Virus record (IMG/VR): IMGVR_UViG_3300021356_000031
Location: 1 to 50,429 of that record
Direction: 5' to 3' (one strand)
Source of the DNA: a virus
Lineage: Duplodnaviria; Caudoviricetes
DNA: 50,429 nt
Positions 1 to 8,180 of this stretch are shown here, one piece after another. Under the pieces are notes generated by a model. The model was not told the origin of the DNA, did not search any database, and saw only the letters and a program-made list of their open reading frames with translations. The position numbers were made by a program, and so were the translations under genes. Position 1 is the stretch's first letter, and each line of letters opens with the position of its first letter.

Positions 1-124
1 CGCAGGCATTTGGCGTGGAGCAGCTGGAGCTTATGCAGGGACAGGTAATTTCTTAAATCTTGGTGGTTATGACGGCATTACGTTTACGACTGGAAATGCT
101 GATATTTCATCGCAAACAGAACGC
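1..124 (+). repeat. 124-bp exact direct repeat, copy 1 (copy 2 at 48925-49048)
   Basis: Direct comparison: cgcaggcatttggcg...caaacagaacgc is identical at both sites and then diverges. Confidence 0.95.
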
Positions 125-2059
125 CTCCGCATCGACTCAAGCGGTAACGTCGGGATTGGCACTGACAGTCCGACAACATTTACTGGTTACATTACTGTTC
201 ACCACAAAAATACGTCAGGTGATGCAATACATTTGATTGAAAGCGATGGTGGAATTATTGGTCAAACTTTTGTTAATGATGCTAGTGGGGTTGTTACAAC
301 AGGGTCACGTTCAAACCATCCGTGGCGTGTTACTACTAACGATACAGAACGCCTCCGCATCGACTCAAGCGGGAATGTTGGTATTGGTACTAGCAGTCCG
401 TCTTCATATCCGGTTGCTTCAGAACTTGTCGTAGATACTGGTGTTAGTGGTGGAATAACTGTGGTCAGTGATTCAACTACTGGAGGCTACGGCGGTGTTT
501 ACTTTGCTGATGGGACTACTGGCAACGAACAATACAGGGGTTTTATCCAGTACGACCACAATAACGCCGGGTCTGTTGATAGCTTAATACTAGGAAGTTC
601 TGGCACAGAAGCCATGCGCATCGACTCTAGCGGACAGGTAGGTATTGGCACTAGCAGTCCGTCATCTTTTGATGCCGCTGGCGATAATTTAGTTGTAGGT
701 ACTGGTTCAGGCAACAACGGCATGACCGTTTATAGCGGCACGGCAAACGCTGGTTCTTTGTTTTTTGCTGATGGAACTGGCTCTGCGGCGGCTAAAGCTG
801 ATGGATACATTCAGTATGAGCATAACAACCAAGCCTTAGCTTTCGCCACAAGCGGTGGTTCAGAACGCCTCCGCATCACCTCAGGTGGTGATGTCATTGC
901 AAAAACAGCAGATGCGCGGATTGGCAGTGATGCTGGCTCTGTGGAATACGGCACGAGTGCAGCAAACTCAGTTCGGTTTTACACCACCAATCTTGAGCGG
1001 TTTAGGCTGACCTCAAGCGGCAACGTAAAAATTGGTACGGGTACTGACCGCTCTAGCTTCCTAACTGCTTCTACAGCGAACTTACAAATTGACGGTGGTG
1101 TTGTCTTTGATGCGGGTTCTGGCAATGACGCAGAAATATTCAACTATCGAACCACAGCCATGTTGTTTGGTAATAGTGGCACTGAAGATATGCGTATCGA
1201 CTCTAGTGGTCGAGTCTTAATAGGTCAAAGTAGCAATACAGGTTCTGTTAATGCGGATAATCTTGTTGTCGGAACAGGAAGTGGTAACAACGGATTAACT
1301 ATTCTTTCTGGCACAGGCAGCGGCGGAACATTGGCGTTTGCAGATTCTGGCGCAGATGAAGATGGATTTGTTTCGTTTAACCACGCAAACCAATTTATGC
1401 AGTTTGGCACAGCCGCCGCAGAACGTATGCGCATCGACTCAAGCGGCAACTTAATTGTCGGGGGCACGACAGCACAAGGAGCTTCAGCAGTAACCATGAC
1501 CGCCGGCGGTAGCATTGTTACTGATGGTTTTATTAAGCCTCACACCGATGATGCTTATGACTTAGGAGCTTCAAGCCAACGCTGGCAAGACCTCTACCTG
1601 TCAGGCGGTGCTTACTTAGGCGGGGTAGCTTCAGCCAATAAGCTAGACGACTACGAAGAAGGGACGTGGACTCCTACCTATTCTCCACAAGCAAGCGCCT
1701 TCACTTCTATTACTTACGATGCTGCTGTTTATGGGAAGTACGTCAAAGTCGGTGCAGTAGTGCATATTCAGGGAATTGTTAGAACAGATGCTATTAGCGG
1801 AGGATCTGGTAATGTTTACATAGGTGGAATGCCTTTTACTGCAGATAATTATGGGGTTATTTCTATTGGATATACAAACAACTTTGCTGGAGATCATCCC
1901 GGCGGTTTATACACGGCAGCCTCTAGCACAGATATTATTATCAGATATAGAACTACCGCGAACTCTGGATTAGACAACCTTTTAAACGTAACTGATTTAG
2001 ACACTGGCGGGAATAAAAATTACCTAATTTTTTCTGGCACTTACATGACAACTCAATAA
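2..2059 (+). CDS. Tail fibre, C-terminal part (5'-truncated; tip variant A)
   Basis: Frame is open from base 2, upstream of the ORF-track start at 233. Repeated ERxRIDSSGNVGIGT modules; ends in a KLDDYEEGTWTP domain. In frame with 46568-48924 across the 124-bp duplication. Confidence 0.9.
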   Translation, partial: AGIWRGAAGAYAGTGNFLNLGGYDGITFTTGNADISSQTERLRIDSSGNVGIGTDSPTTFTGYITVHHKNTSGDAIHLIESDGGIIGQTFVNDASGVVTTGSRSNHPWRVTTNDTERLRIDSSGNVGIGTSSPSSYPVASELVVDTGVSGGITVVSDSTTGGYGGVYFADGTTGNEQYRGFIQYDHNNAGSVDSLILGSSGTEAMRIDSSGQVGIGTSSPSSFDAAGDNLVVGTGSGNNGMTVYSGTANAGSLFFADGTGSAAAKADGYIQYEHNNQALAFATSGGSERLRITSGGDVIAKTADARIGSDAGSVEYGTSAANSVRFYTTNLERFRLTSSGNVKIGTGTDRSSFLTASTANLQIDGGVVFDAGSGNDAEIFNYRTTAMLFGNSGTEDMRIDSSGRVLIGQSSNTGSVNADNLVVGTGSGNNGLTILSGTGSGGTLAFADSGADEDGFVSFNHANQFMQFGTAAAERMRIDSSGNLIVGGTTAQGASAVTMTAGGSIVTDGFIKPHTDDAYDLGASSQRWQDLYLSGGAYLGGVASANKLDDYEEGTWTPTYSPQASAFTSITYDAAVYGKYVKVGAVVHIQGIVRTDAISGGSGNVYIGGMPFTADNYGVISIGYTNNFAGDHPGGLYTAASSTDIIIRYRTTANSGLDNLLNVTDLDTGGNKNYLIFSGTYMTTQ

Positions 2060-2062
2060 TTA

Positions 2063-2093
2063 TCTCAAGTGGATTCTTGAGACGGACAGTCCA
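2063..2093 (+). promoter_or_regulatory. Putative H-type RNA pseudoknot upstream of a Shine-Dalgarno site
   Basis: Stem TCTCAAG/CTTGAGA; loop TGGATT can pair with downstream AGTCCA (one G-U pair). AGGAG at 2099-2103. Confidence 0.5.
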
Positions 2094-2110
2094 ACAAAAG
2101 GAGAAAAAAT

Positions 2111-2368
2111 ATGGCTTTATCAGAAGCAACAGTAAACGACAAGATTGAAGTCGTTAGTCAAGGTTCTTGGTCTTGTGTACAAGTAAGAACCGCAACAGTA
2201 ATCAGTCGTGATGGCGAAGAGATTTCTAGGACTTTCCATCGTCACGTAGTCATGCCAGATGCTGACTTAGCTCAAGAAGACTCTGACGTGTCAGCAATCT
2301 GCACCACAGTTTTTACACAAGCCTGTAAAGACGCATACGCGGCTCATGTCGCATCACAAGGAGTATAA
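2111..2368 (+). CDS. Putative tail-fibre assembly/chaperone protein
   Basis: 85 aa with a strong SD, directly after the fibre tip that lacks an S74 domain; DKIEVV...QVRTATVI...SRTFHRHV motif. Confidence 0.55.
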   Translation: MALSEATVNDKIEVVSQGSWSCVQVRTATVISRDGEEISRTFHRHVVMPDADLAQEDSDVSAICTTVFTQACKDAYAAHVASQGV

Positions 2369-2371
2369 ATT

Positions 2372-2680
2372 ATGGCAGCAGTATGGACTGTATCAACACT
2401 TGAAAGAAACACAGCAGACGGTGGTGTCACTGTCGTACACTGGAGAGTCTCAGACTCAGAGACTGTAGGAGAAGACACTTATGTTGCTTCTTCTTACGGT
2501 ACTTGTGGATTCTCACCAGACCCCTCCTCAGAGGATTACATAGCTTATGATGACCTAACGGAAGCCGACGTGATTGGCTGGTGTCAGGGTGAGTTAGACG
2601 TTGAGGCTATTGAAGCTAGTCTGACTGCTAACATCAACGAGCAGAAGAACCCCACAACTGCTGATGGCGTGCCTTGGTAG
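2372..2680 (+). CDS. Tail-fibre-associated small protein
   Basis: 102 aa, WTVSTLER...VHWR...YDDLTEADVIGW...GVPW; a homologous ORF begins at 50264. Confidence 0.7.
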   Translation: MAAVWTVSTLERNTADGGVTVVHWRVSDSETVGEDTYVASSYGTCGFSPDPSSEDYIAYDDLTEADVIGWCQGELDVEAIEASLTANINEQKNPTTADGVPW

Positions 2681-2681
2681 T

Positions 2682-2710
2682 TTGACAACCTTCAAAAAAT
2701 ATGCTATAAT
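2682..2710 (+). promoter_or_regulatory. sigma70 consensus promoter with extended -10
   Basis: TTGACA (2682-2687), 17-bp spacer ending in TGc, then TATAAT (2705-2710). Confidence 0.9.
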
Positions 2711-2726
2711 CTTTTAAGGAGTTAAA

Positions 2727-2885
2727 ATGGATTTACTTATTATAATTAATACTATTACAACAATTGTTACAGTAGCTTCTATTGTTGCTGCTGCAACACC
2801 TACTCCTAAAGATGATGAGTGGATTGCAAAGCTTTATAAGTTTATAGACTTGTTAGCCATTAACATTGGTAAAGCGAAGCAGTAG
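2727..2885 (+). CDS. Small membrane protein, holin-like (52 aa, not in ORF track)
   Basis: MDLLIIINTITTIVTVASIVAAATPTPKDDEWIAKLYKFIDLLAINIGKAKQ; AAGGAG SD; follows the promoter. Confidence 0.75.
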   Translation: MDLLIIINTITTIVTVASIVAAATPTPKDDEWIAKLYKFIDLLAINIGKAKQ

Positions 2886-2897
2886 GTGAAGATAGGT

Positions 2898-3119
2898 ATG
2901 GCTGTTAAAACAGAAATGGATTTAGCTTTAGAGGCCCTTGAAAAGATTGCTAAGCATGAAAAAGAATGTGGTGAGCGTTGGGCAGAAGCTGTAATAGAAC
3001 TTAGAGAGCTTCGTAAAGCTACTGACAGTCATGCTGCCCGTTGGGAAAAACTTGCTTGGCTTGTAGTGGGTGTAGTTATTACTGGTGCATCTTCTGTTAT
3101 TTTTGCACATTTGGGATAA
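2898..3119 (+). CDS. Coiled-coil protein with C-terminal transmembrane helix
   Basis: HEKECGERW coiled coil followed by hydrophobic LAWLVVGVVITGASSVIF. Confidence 0.7.
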   Translation: MAVKTEMDLALEALEKIAKHEKECGERWAEAVIELRELRKATDSHAARWEKLAWLVVGVVITGASSVIFAHLG

Positions 3120-3122
3120 ATT

Positions 3123-6100
3123 ATGAGTAGTAAAAGGTCTAGCAGGAATAATAAAAAGGTTTTAAAAGCACTTCGCCAGAAGAGAGCTAGAGGTGGGCGT
3201 ACTAAAAAGTTTTATGGTGGTGTTGAAGGCATGACAGGGCTTAATATCCCTAGCGAAGCTGAAATACAAGCTCGTATAAGACAGCAGCAAGATACTAATC
3301 AAGAAACTCCTGAACAAAAAGCCGCTAGAGAGGCGCAAGAAAAAGCAGCTAAAGAAGAAGCCGATAGACAAAAAGCAGAAGCGGATAGACTTGAAGCTGA
3401 AAAAAAAGCAGAAGCGGATAGACTTGAAGCTGAAAAAATAGCAAAACAAGGGAAGGTTAGTAGTGGCACCCAACCTACTACTACTACTACTACTCCTACA
3501 CCTACTACTACAACATCTTCTGTTGATGATCCTAAGCCTTTAAGAAGTGATTATGGTTCTAATTTAGGTGGACGTAGAGCAATTACTGCAAGTCAAGCCT
3601 ATGAAAGAGATTTAGCGGCATGGGAAGCTAGACAAGCTGCTAATATAGACGTAACAGAAGGAATTGGTAGTGGGTCTCCTACAGACATTGCCACCAGTAC
3701 AGTACAAGAAGGAACTACTATGAGCACTACAACATCGACACAGGGAGGCCCTCCAATAAACTTAGAAGTAACGCCTCCTGAAACTCCAGATGCTCCAGTA
3801 GCAGACGTAGCCAAATTAGACACAGGCGCTATAACTGAAAAGTCTTCTGATGCAGATAAACTAGCAGCGGGTATTAGCACTGAAGTTCAGCAGTTAGATA
3901 CTACGCCTACTGCCGTTACAAGAGATAAGGCTGAAGCTGGTGTAGCTAAAGCAGAAGCTGTGAGCAAAACTTCTAAAGCTGAAAGTGTAAAAGACTTTGA
4001 TGCTGCTACATATGATGCAGCAACGGCAGAAGATCTTGATCCTACTAAAGCTGCTGTAGGAACAGTTAGCGAGGATGCTATAGCTAAAGTAGATGAAGTA
4101 GAAGGTCTTACAGAAAGAGCAGTAGGTCAAGAAACTACTGCTGCTCAAAAAGAAAGTACTTTGGCTAAAACAGCTGAGTTTACTATTGATCCTCGTTCTA
4201 TTGCACCTAGCGTAGAAGGAGATGTTGCTAATGTAAGTCCTACCGCTGAAGCTGAAAGATCAACACGTAGAGATATTGTAGGGACAGAAGCCGATGATGG
4301 CACTGCTGCTATGATTGATCAAACTGTAGGCTACGAAGCAGCTAAACGTCGAGCAGTAAAAGGAACAGCCGCAAAAGGTGCAGCCGCAGAAATGATTGCA
4401 GCTGTAGGTGATCTACCTCCTGATATTACAGCGGCTGTTGTAGAAGACCCTGCAACTGTAGAGGCTCAATTAGATGAGCAACCTGTAGAGGTAAGAGCAG
4501 CTATTGCAGCGTTGCCTACAGAAGCTTTAGTATCTTCTCAAATGGAGTCTTTACTTGGAGGTATTGAAGATGGAGAAACACCCGCATGGGCTAGGCCAGC
4601 AGTAGCAGCTATTGAGCAAAAACTAGCTGCTAGAGGCATGTCAACCTCCACTGTAGGGCGTGATGCACTATTTAATGCGATTATACAAAGTGCTTTACCT
4701 ATCGCGCAAAGCAACGCACAGGCACTCCAGCAACGCGCTGCCCAGAATCTTAGCAATCAACAGCAGGCTAATCTTGCACAGTCTACACAAGACATGCAGC
4801 GGCGTATGGCTAACTTAGCTAACCGTCAAGGGGCTGCTTCGCAGACTGCGCAAATGGCTCAACAGATGGGTGTATTGCAAAGCAACTTTAACCAGCAAGC
4901 AACTGTTCTGTCTGCACAACAACAACAGCAAACAAGAACTCAAAACTTAAATAATCAACAACAGGCTGCTGTGCTTCGTTCTCAAAACCAACAAGCTATA
5001 AACGCTCAACAGCTAGGTAACGAACAGCAGATGGAGCTTGCTGAGTTACAAATTGAAGCTGCTACAGAAGGTGCAAATCAAAATGCAGAGAATCAAAGAA
5101 GGTTAGCAGAGATGCAAGTCGCTGCCGACTTCTTATCTAAAAATGCAGCATTTAAGCAGCAGATGGAGCTTGCTAACCTTTCTAATGATCAGCAGATGCG
5201 TCTTGCTAATTTAACAGCAAGAAATCAAGCTGAGTCTCAAAGGATGTCTAATGCAGAGAAAATTGAGTTAGCAAATTTAAATGCAGAGCTACAGACAAAT
5301 ATAGCTCAGGGGCGTATAGCCGCAGAAATGAATGTTGCTCAATTAAATGTAGATCAACAGACAGCTATTAGAAATGCTACTATGGTTGCTAATGTTGATT
5401 TAACTAAATTTAACGCGGCTCAACAAGTAGAGCTTGCTAATAGTAAAGCAATGCAAACTTTAGTTCTTGCAGATTTAAATAATCGACAGCAGGCAGCATT
5501 ACAGAATGCTACAGCTATGGCTAGTTTGGATATGGCAACAGTAGATCAAAGAACTAAAATAGCTGTAACGAATGCTCAAAGTTTTTTAGCTATGGACATG
5601 GCTAATTTGAATAATGAACAACAAGCTATTATGTTTGATCAACAAGCTAAACAACAAAGAATATTATCTGATCAAGCAGCTGAGAACGCAAGACGGCAAT
5701 TTAATGCTACTTCTGAAAATCAAGTAAATCAATTTTTAACTTCTACAGAAGCAGCGATGCGACAATTTAATGCTAGTCAAAATAATGCTATGAAGCAATT
5801 CAATGCAAGTGAAGCGAATAGAGCTTCTGCTCTTAATGCTCAGTTAGCTACTGATGTTTCTAAAGCTAATGCTACAATGAAACTAAATGCAGATCAGTTT
5901 AATGAAAATATGGATTTACAAAGAGAAACATGGAATGCTGCCAATGCTCAAGCAGTAGAGCAATCTAACATTGAGTGGCGAAGAAAATCAAACACGATTG
6001 ATACCGCAGCACAGAATGCTTCTAATATGCTAAATGCTCAGCAGACCTTTCAAATGGATTCTGCTGAAATGGCTTTCTTGTGGCAAACTCTTAGAGATGA

Positions 6101-6260
6101 AGCCACATATCAAAGAACGGCATATGAAAATGATCAGCAAAGAAAAACAACCTTGTATGCTACGGCGCTTGCAAATGAAGCAGGGGCTAGTGGACAAGAA
6201 AACTCTACTTCAGTAGATCGTTTATTTAACTTAGTTAAAGGTGTAACAGGTGGTAGCTAA
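3123..6260 (+). CDS. Large internal virion/ejection protein (Q/A/N-rich coiled coil)
   Basis: 1045 aa: basic N-terminus, T/P/A/E-rich linker and long helical Q/N/A repeats; located in the post-tail internal-protein block. Confidence 0.65.
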   Translation: MSSKRSSRNNKKVLKALRQKRARGGRTKKFYGGVEGMTGLNIPSEAEIQARIRQQQDTNQETPEQKAAREAQEKAAKEEADRQKAEADRLEAEKKAEADRLEAEKIAKQGKVSSGTQPTTTTTTPTPTTTTSSVDDPKPLRSDYGSNLGGRRAITASQAYERDLAAWEARQAANIDVTEGIGSGSPTDIATSTVQEGTTMSTTTSTQGGPPINLEVTPPETPDAPVADVAKLDTGAITEKSSDADKLAAGISTEVQQLDTTPTAVTRDKAEAGVAKAEAVSKTSKAESVKDFDAATYDAATAEDLDPTKAAVGTVSEDAIAKVDEVEGLTERAVGQETTAAQKESTLAKTAEFTIDPRSIAPSVEGDVANVSPTAEAERSTRRDIVGTEADDGTAAMIDQTVGYEAAKRRAVKGTAAKGAAAEMIAAVGDLPPDITAAVVEDPATVEAQLDEQPVEVRAAIAALPTEALVSSQMESLLGGIEDGETPAWARPAVAAIEQKLAARGMSTSTVGRDALFNAIIQSALPIAQSNAQALQQRAAQNLSNQQQANLAQSTQDMQRRMANLANRQGAASQTAQMAQQMGVLQSNFNQQATVLSAQQQQQTRTQNLNNQQQAAVLRSQNQQAINAQQLGNEQQMELAELQIEAATEGANQNAENQRRLAEMQVAADFLSKNAAFKQQMELANLSNDQQMRLANLTARNQAESQRMSNAEKIELANLNAELQTNIAQGRIAAEMNVAQLNVDQQTAIRNATMVANVDLTKFNAAQQVELANSKAMQTLVLADLNNRQQAALQNATAMASLDMATVDQRTKIAVTNAQSFLAMDMANLNNEQQAIMFDQQAKQQRILSDQAAENARRQFNATSENQVNQFLTSTEAAMRQFNASQNNAMKQFNASEANRASALNAQLATDVSKANATMKLNADQFNENMDLQRETWNAANAQAVEQSNIEWRRKSNTIDTAAQNASNMLNAQQTFQMDSAEMAFLWQTLRDEATYQRTAYENDQQRKTTLYATALANEAGASGQENSTSVDRLFNLVKGVTGGS
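3372..3437 (+). repeat. Tandem 33-bp in-frame duplication (KAEADRLEAEK x2)
   Basis: aaagcagaagcggatagacttgaagctgaaaaa occurs twice. Confidence 0.9.
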
Positions 6261-7615
6261 TGGGATTTTTTAAAAAAATATTTAAAGGCATAGGTAAAGT
6301 TTTTCGTAAGATTGGTAGGGCAATTAAGAAAGGCTTTAAAAAATTTGGTAAGTTCATGGGTAAGCTTGGCATTGTAGGTCAGCTAGGTATGATGTTTATT
6401 CTTCCGGGGATAGGGGGTGCCCTTATGAAGGGCCTTGGAGGTATTGCAGGTAATATGGCAGCACTTACTGGAAAGTTTGCAGGTCTTAGCGGCACGGCGC
6501 TGGGTACAGCTGTTAAGGGCATGGGAGCCGTATTGAAAGGCGCTCATGGTTTTGTTCAAACAGGTGTAAATGCTTTTAAAACTGTTACAAGCGGAATTAT
6601 GGAGTTTGGTAAAACAGCGTTAAACAAAATACCCGGAATTGAAATTAGTAGTGCCAAAGCAAACTTCTTTGGTGCTGATAGCGTAATGGAAGGTATTCGT
6701 GTGGATGCGGCTAATATTGGAAACCCTTTCCGCAACAGTATTACACTAAAGCCCGGAATGTCTGTAGATCAGTTAAGTAAAACAACAGGTTTATCAGTAG
6801 AATCTTTACAAAAATTAAATCCAAATGTTAATTTATCGGCTCCGGGGGCTGACCTTACTGGGCGTACATTGAATTTAGATTTTGGTAATATTGCTCCTGA
6901 TATACAAAAAGTTATTGAAAATGCTAAGATAACAACTGCTGGTGGAGTTCCTTCAGACGCTTTTGGAGTTGATGTAGGAAGAGTTGATACGCTAAGGCCG
7001 GGAGAAGTAAATTTAAACTTTGACCACACGCCTACCCAGAACAATGGTTTTCCAACAAGTGCTGTTGATCCTTTTCCAGAAGTAACTAGTGTATTAAACC
7101 AAGCAGATTTAACTAGAATAGCTTCAGTAGAAATGCCTAACATTACAACTAATTTATTAGAGCCTATACCTGTAGATAAAATTGGAACGACTATGGCAGA
7201 TCCAGTAGGCACGATTGCAGATCCAACTACAGCTATTGAAAGTGTAGTACCTGATGGTCTGGCTGAAGTAGGAGCTACTCAACAAGAATCGTTATTATCT
7301 AGAGGTTTTACTAGGGCTAGAGAAGGTTTGTCAGCAAGCCTTACTAGTGCTTTAGATGATCCTATCGGCACAGGCTTGCCTATGGTTCAAAATCTAGCAA
7401 GTACTTTTGCTTCTCCAGAAGAAATTGATATGGGTCGAAGAGGCCCCGGATTTGTTGCAGATGTACTGCCACAATTTGATATTGCATCTGTTGATATGAC
7501 TCAATTATTAAATGCTGGCAACTATGGGCCGGGAGCCGTATCAATGGATTTCGTAAATCAAGCTATGCTATTTCAAAGCCCGAATCAACGCTTTCCGGGC
7601 GCATTAGGTTACTAG
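6260..7615 (+). CDS. Internal virion/ejection protein with amphipathic N-terminus and a degenerate LysM-like segment
   Basis: MGFFKKIFKGIGKVFRKIG..., a Gly-rich hydrophobic stretch, and ITLKPGMSVDQLSKTTGLSVESLQKLNP. Confidence 0.6.
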   Translation: MGFFKKIFKGIGKVFRKIGRAIKKGFKKFGKFMGKLGIVGQLGMMFILPGIGGALMKGLGGIAGNMAALTGKFAGLSGTALGTAVKGMGAVLKGAHGFVQTGVNAFKTVTSGIMEFGKTALNKIPGIEISSAKANFFGADSVMEGIRVDAANIGNPFRNSITLKPGMSVDQLSKTTGLSVESLQKLNPNVNLSAPGADLTGRTLNLDFGNIAPDIQKVIENAKITTAGGVPSDAFGVDVGRVDTLRPGEVNLNFDHTPTQNNGFPTSAVDPFPEVTSVLNQADLTRIASVEMPNITTNLLEPIPVDKIGTTMADPVGTIADPTTAIESVVPDGLAEVGATQQESLLSRGFTRAREGLSASLTSALDDPIGTGLPMVQNLASTFASPEEIDMGRRGPGFVADVLPQFDIASVDMTQLLNAGNYGPGAVSMDFVNQAMLFQSPNQRFPGALGY

Positions 7616-7625
7616 GAGATAAATA

Positions 7626-8180
7626 ATGAGTATGCCACAAATTAATACTGATTTTATACAAGCAAGACTAAGCAGGTCTGTTCCGGGTGAGTCTTTTGCT
7701 AATGATCCTGATACTCCGTATCCATTTGAAAAGGCTCCAGAGTTTACTTCTGTAAATAAAGCTTCAGAATTTATTTTTGAAAGAATTACTGAAGAAGAAA
7801 ACTATATGCAATTTATGGAAGTAATTGCAGGGGGTACGCCTCTAATGGAGATTGCTAAAGTATTGCTGTACTCTATGTATGACGAAGGTAAAATTAATCC
7901 TGATTTAATGATATTATTAATTGAACCTACTGTGTATATTTTAATGGCTTTGTGTGAGCGAGCAGACATTCCTTTTACTATTGATGGTGAGTTAGGCGAA
8001 GAAGAAGATCTTGATGGTAATAGTCAAGATTACGAAATTTTACAAAGACTTCAAGAGGCCCAAAGGTCAAATGAAATACCTTTACCACAAAATATAGAGC
8101 AAAGGTTGCAAGAGCTTAGGCCACCACCGCCTGAAGAGTCGCCCCCTGAACAAACAAGTCTACTAGATATGGAGCAGTAA
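7626..8180 (+). CDS. Hypothetical acidic virion-block protein
   Basis: 184 aa, GGAG SD, VPGES...PFEKAPEF motif. Confidence 0.7.
   Translation: MSMPQINTDFIQARLSRSVPGESFANDPDTPYPFEKAPEFTSVNKASEFIFERITEEENYMQFMEVIAGGTPLMEIAKVLLYSMYDEGKINPDLMILLIEPTVYILMALCERADIPFTIDGELGEEEDLDGNSQDYEILQRLQEAQRSNEIPLPQNIEQRLQELRPPPPEESPPEQTSLLDMEQ

Noticed and set aside
1-124. 124-bp duplication as the phage's physical terminal repeat
   Set aside because: It lies mid-gene and the second copy is 1.4 kb from the window end. Its length is compatible with an assembly overlap, and real termini more plausibly lie in the 35.3-36.0 kb non-coding region.
1-2059. Diversity-generating retroelement or invertase shufflon acting on the tail fibre
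   Set aside because: No reverse transcriptase or recombinase catalytic domain; the repeats are direct, and the 124-bp copies show no adenine-specific differences.
3475-3515. (ACT)n microsatellite as a phase-variation tract
   Set aside because: An in-frame trinucleotide run encoding a Thr/Pro linker; length change would not switch expression.
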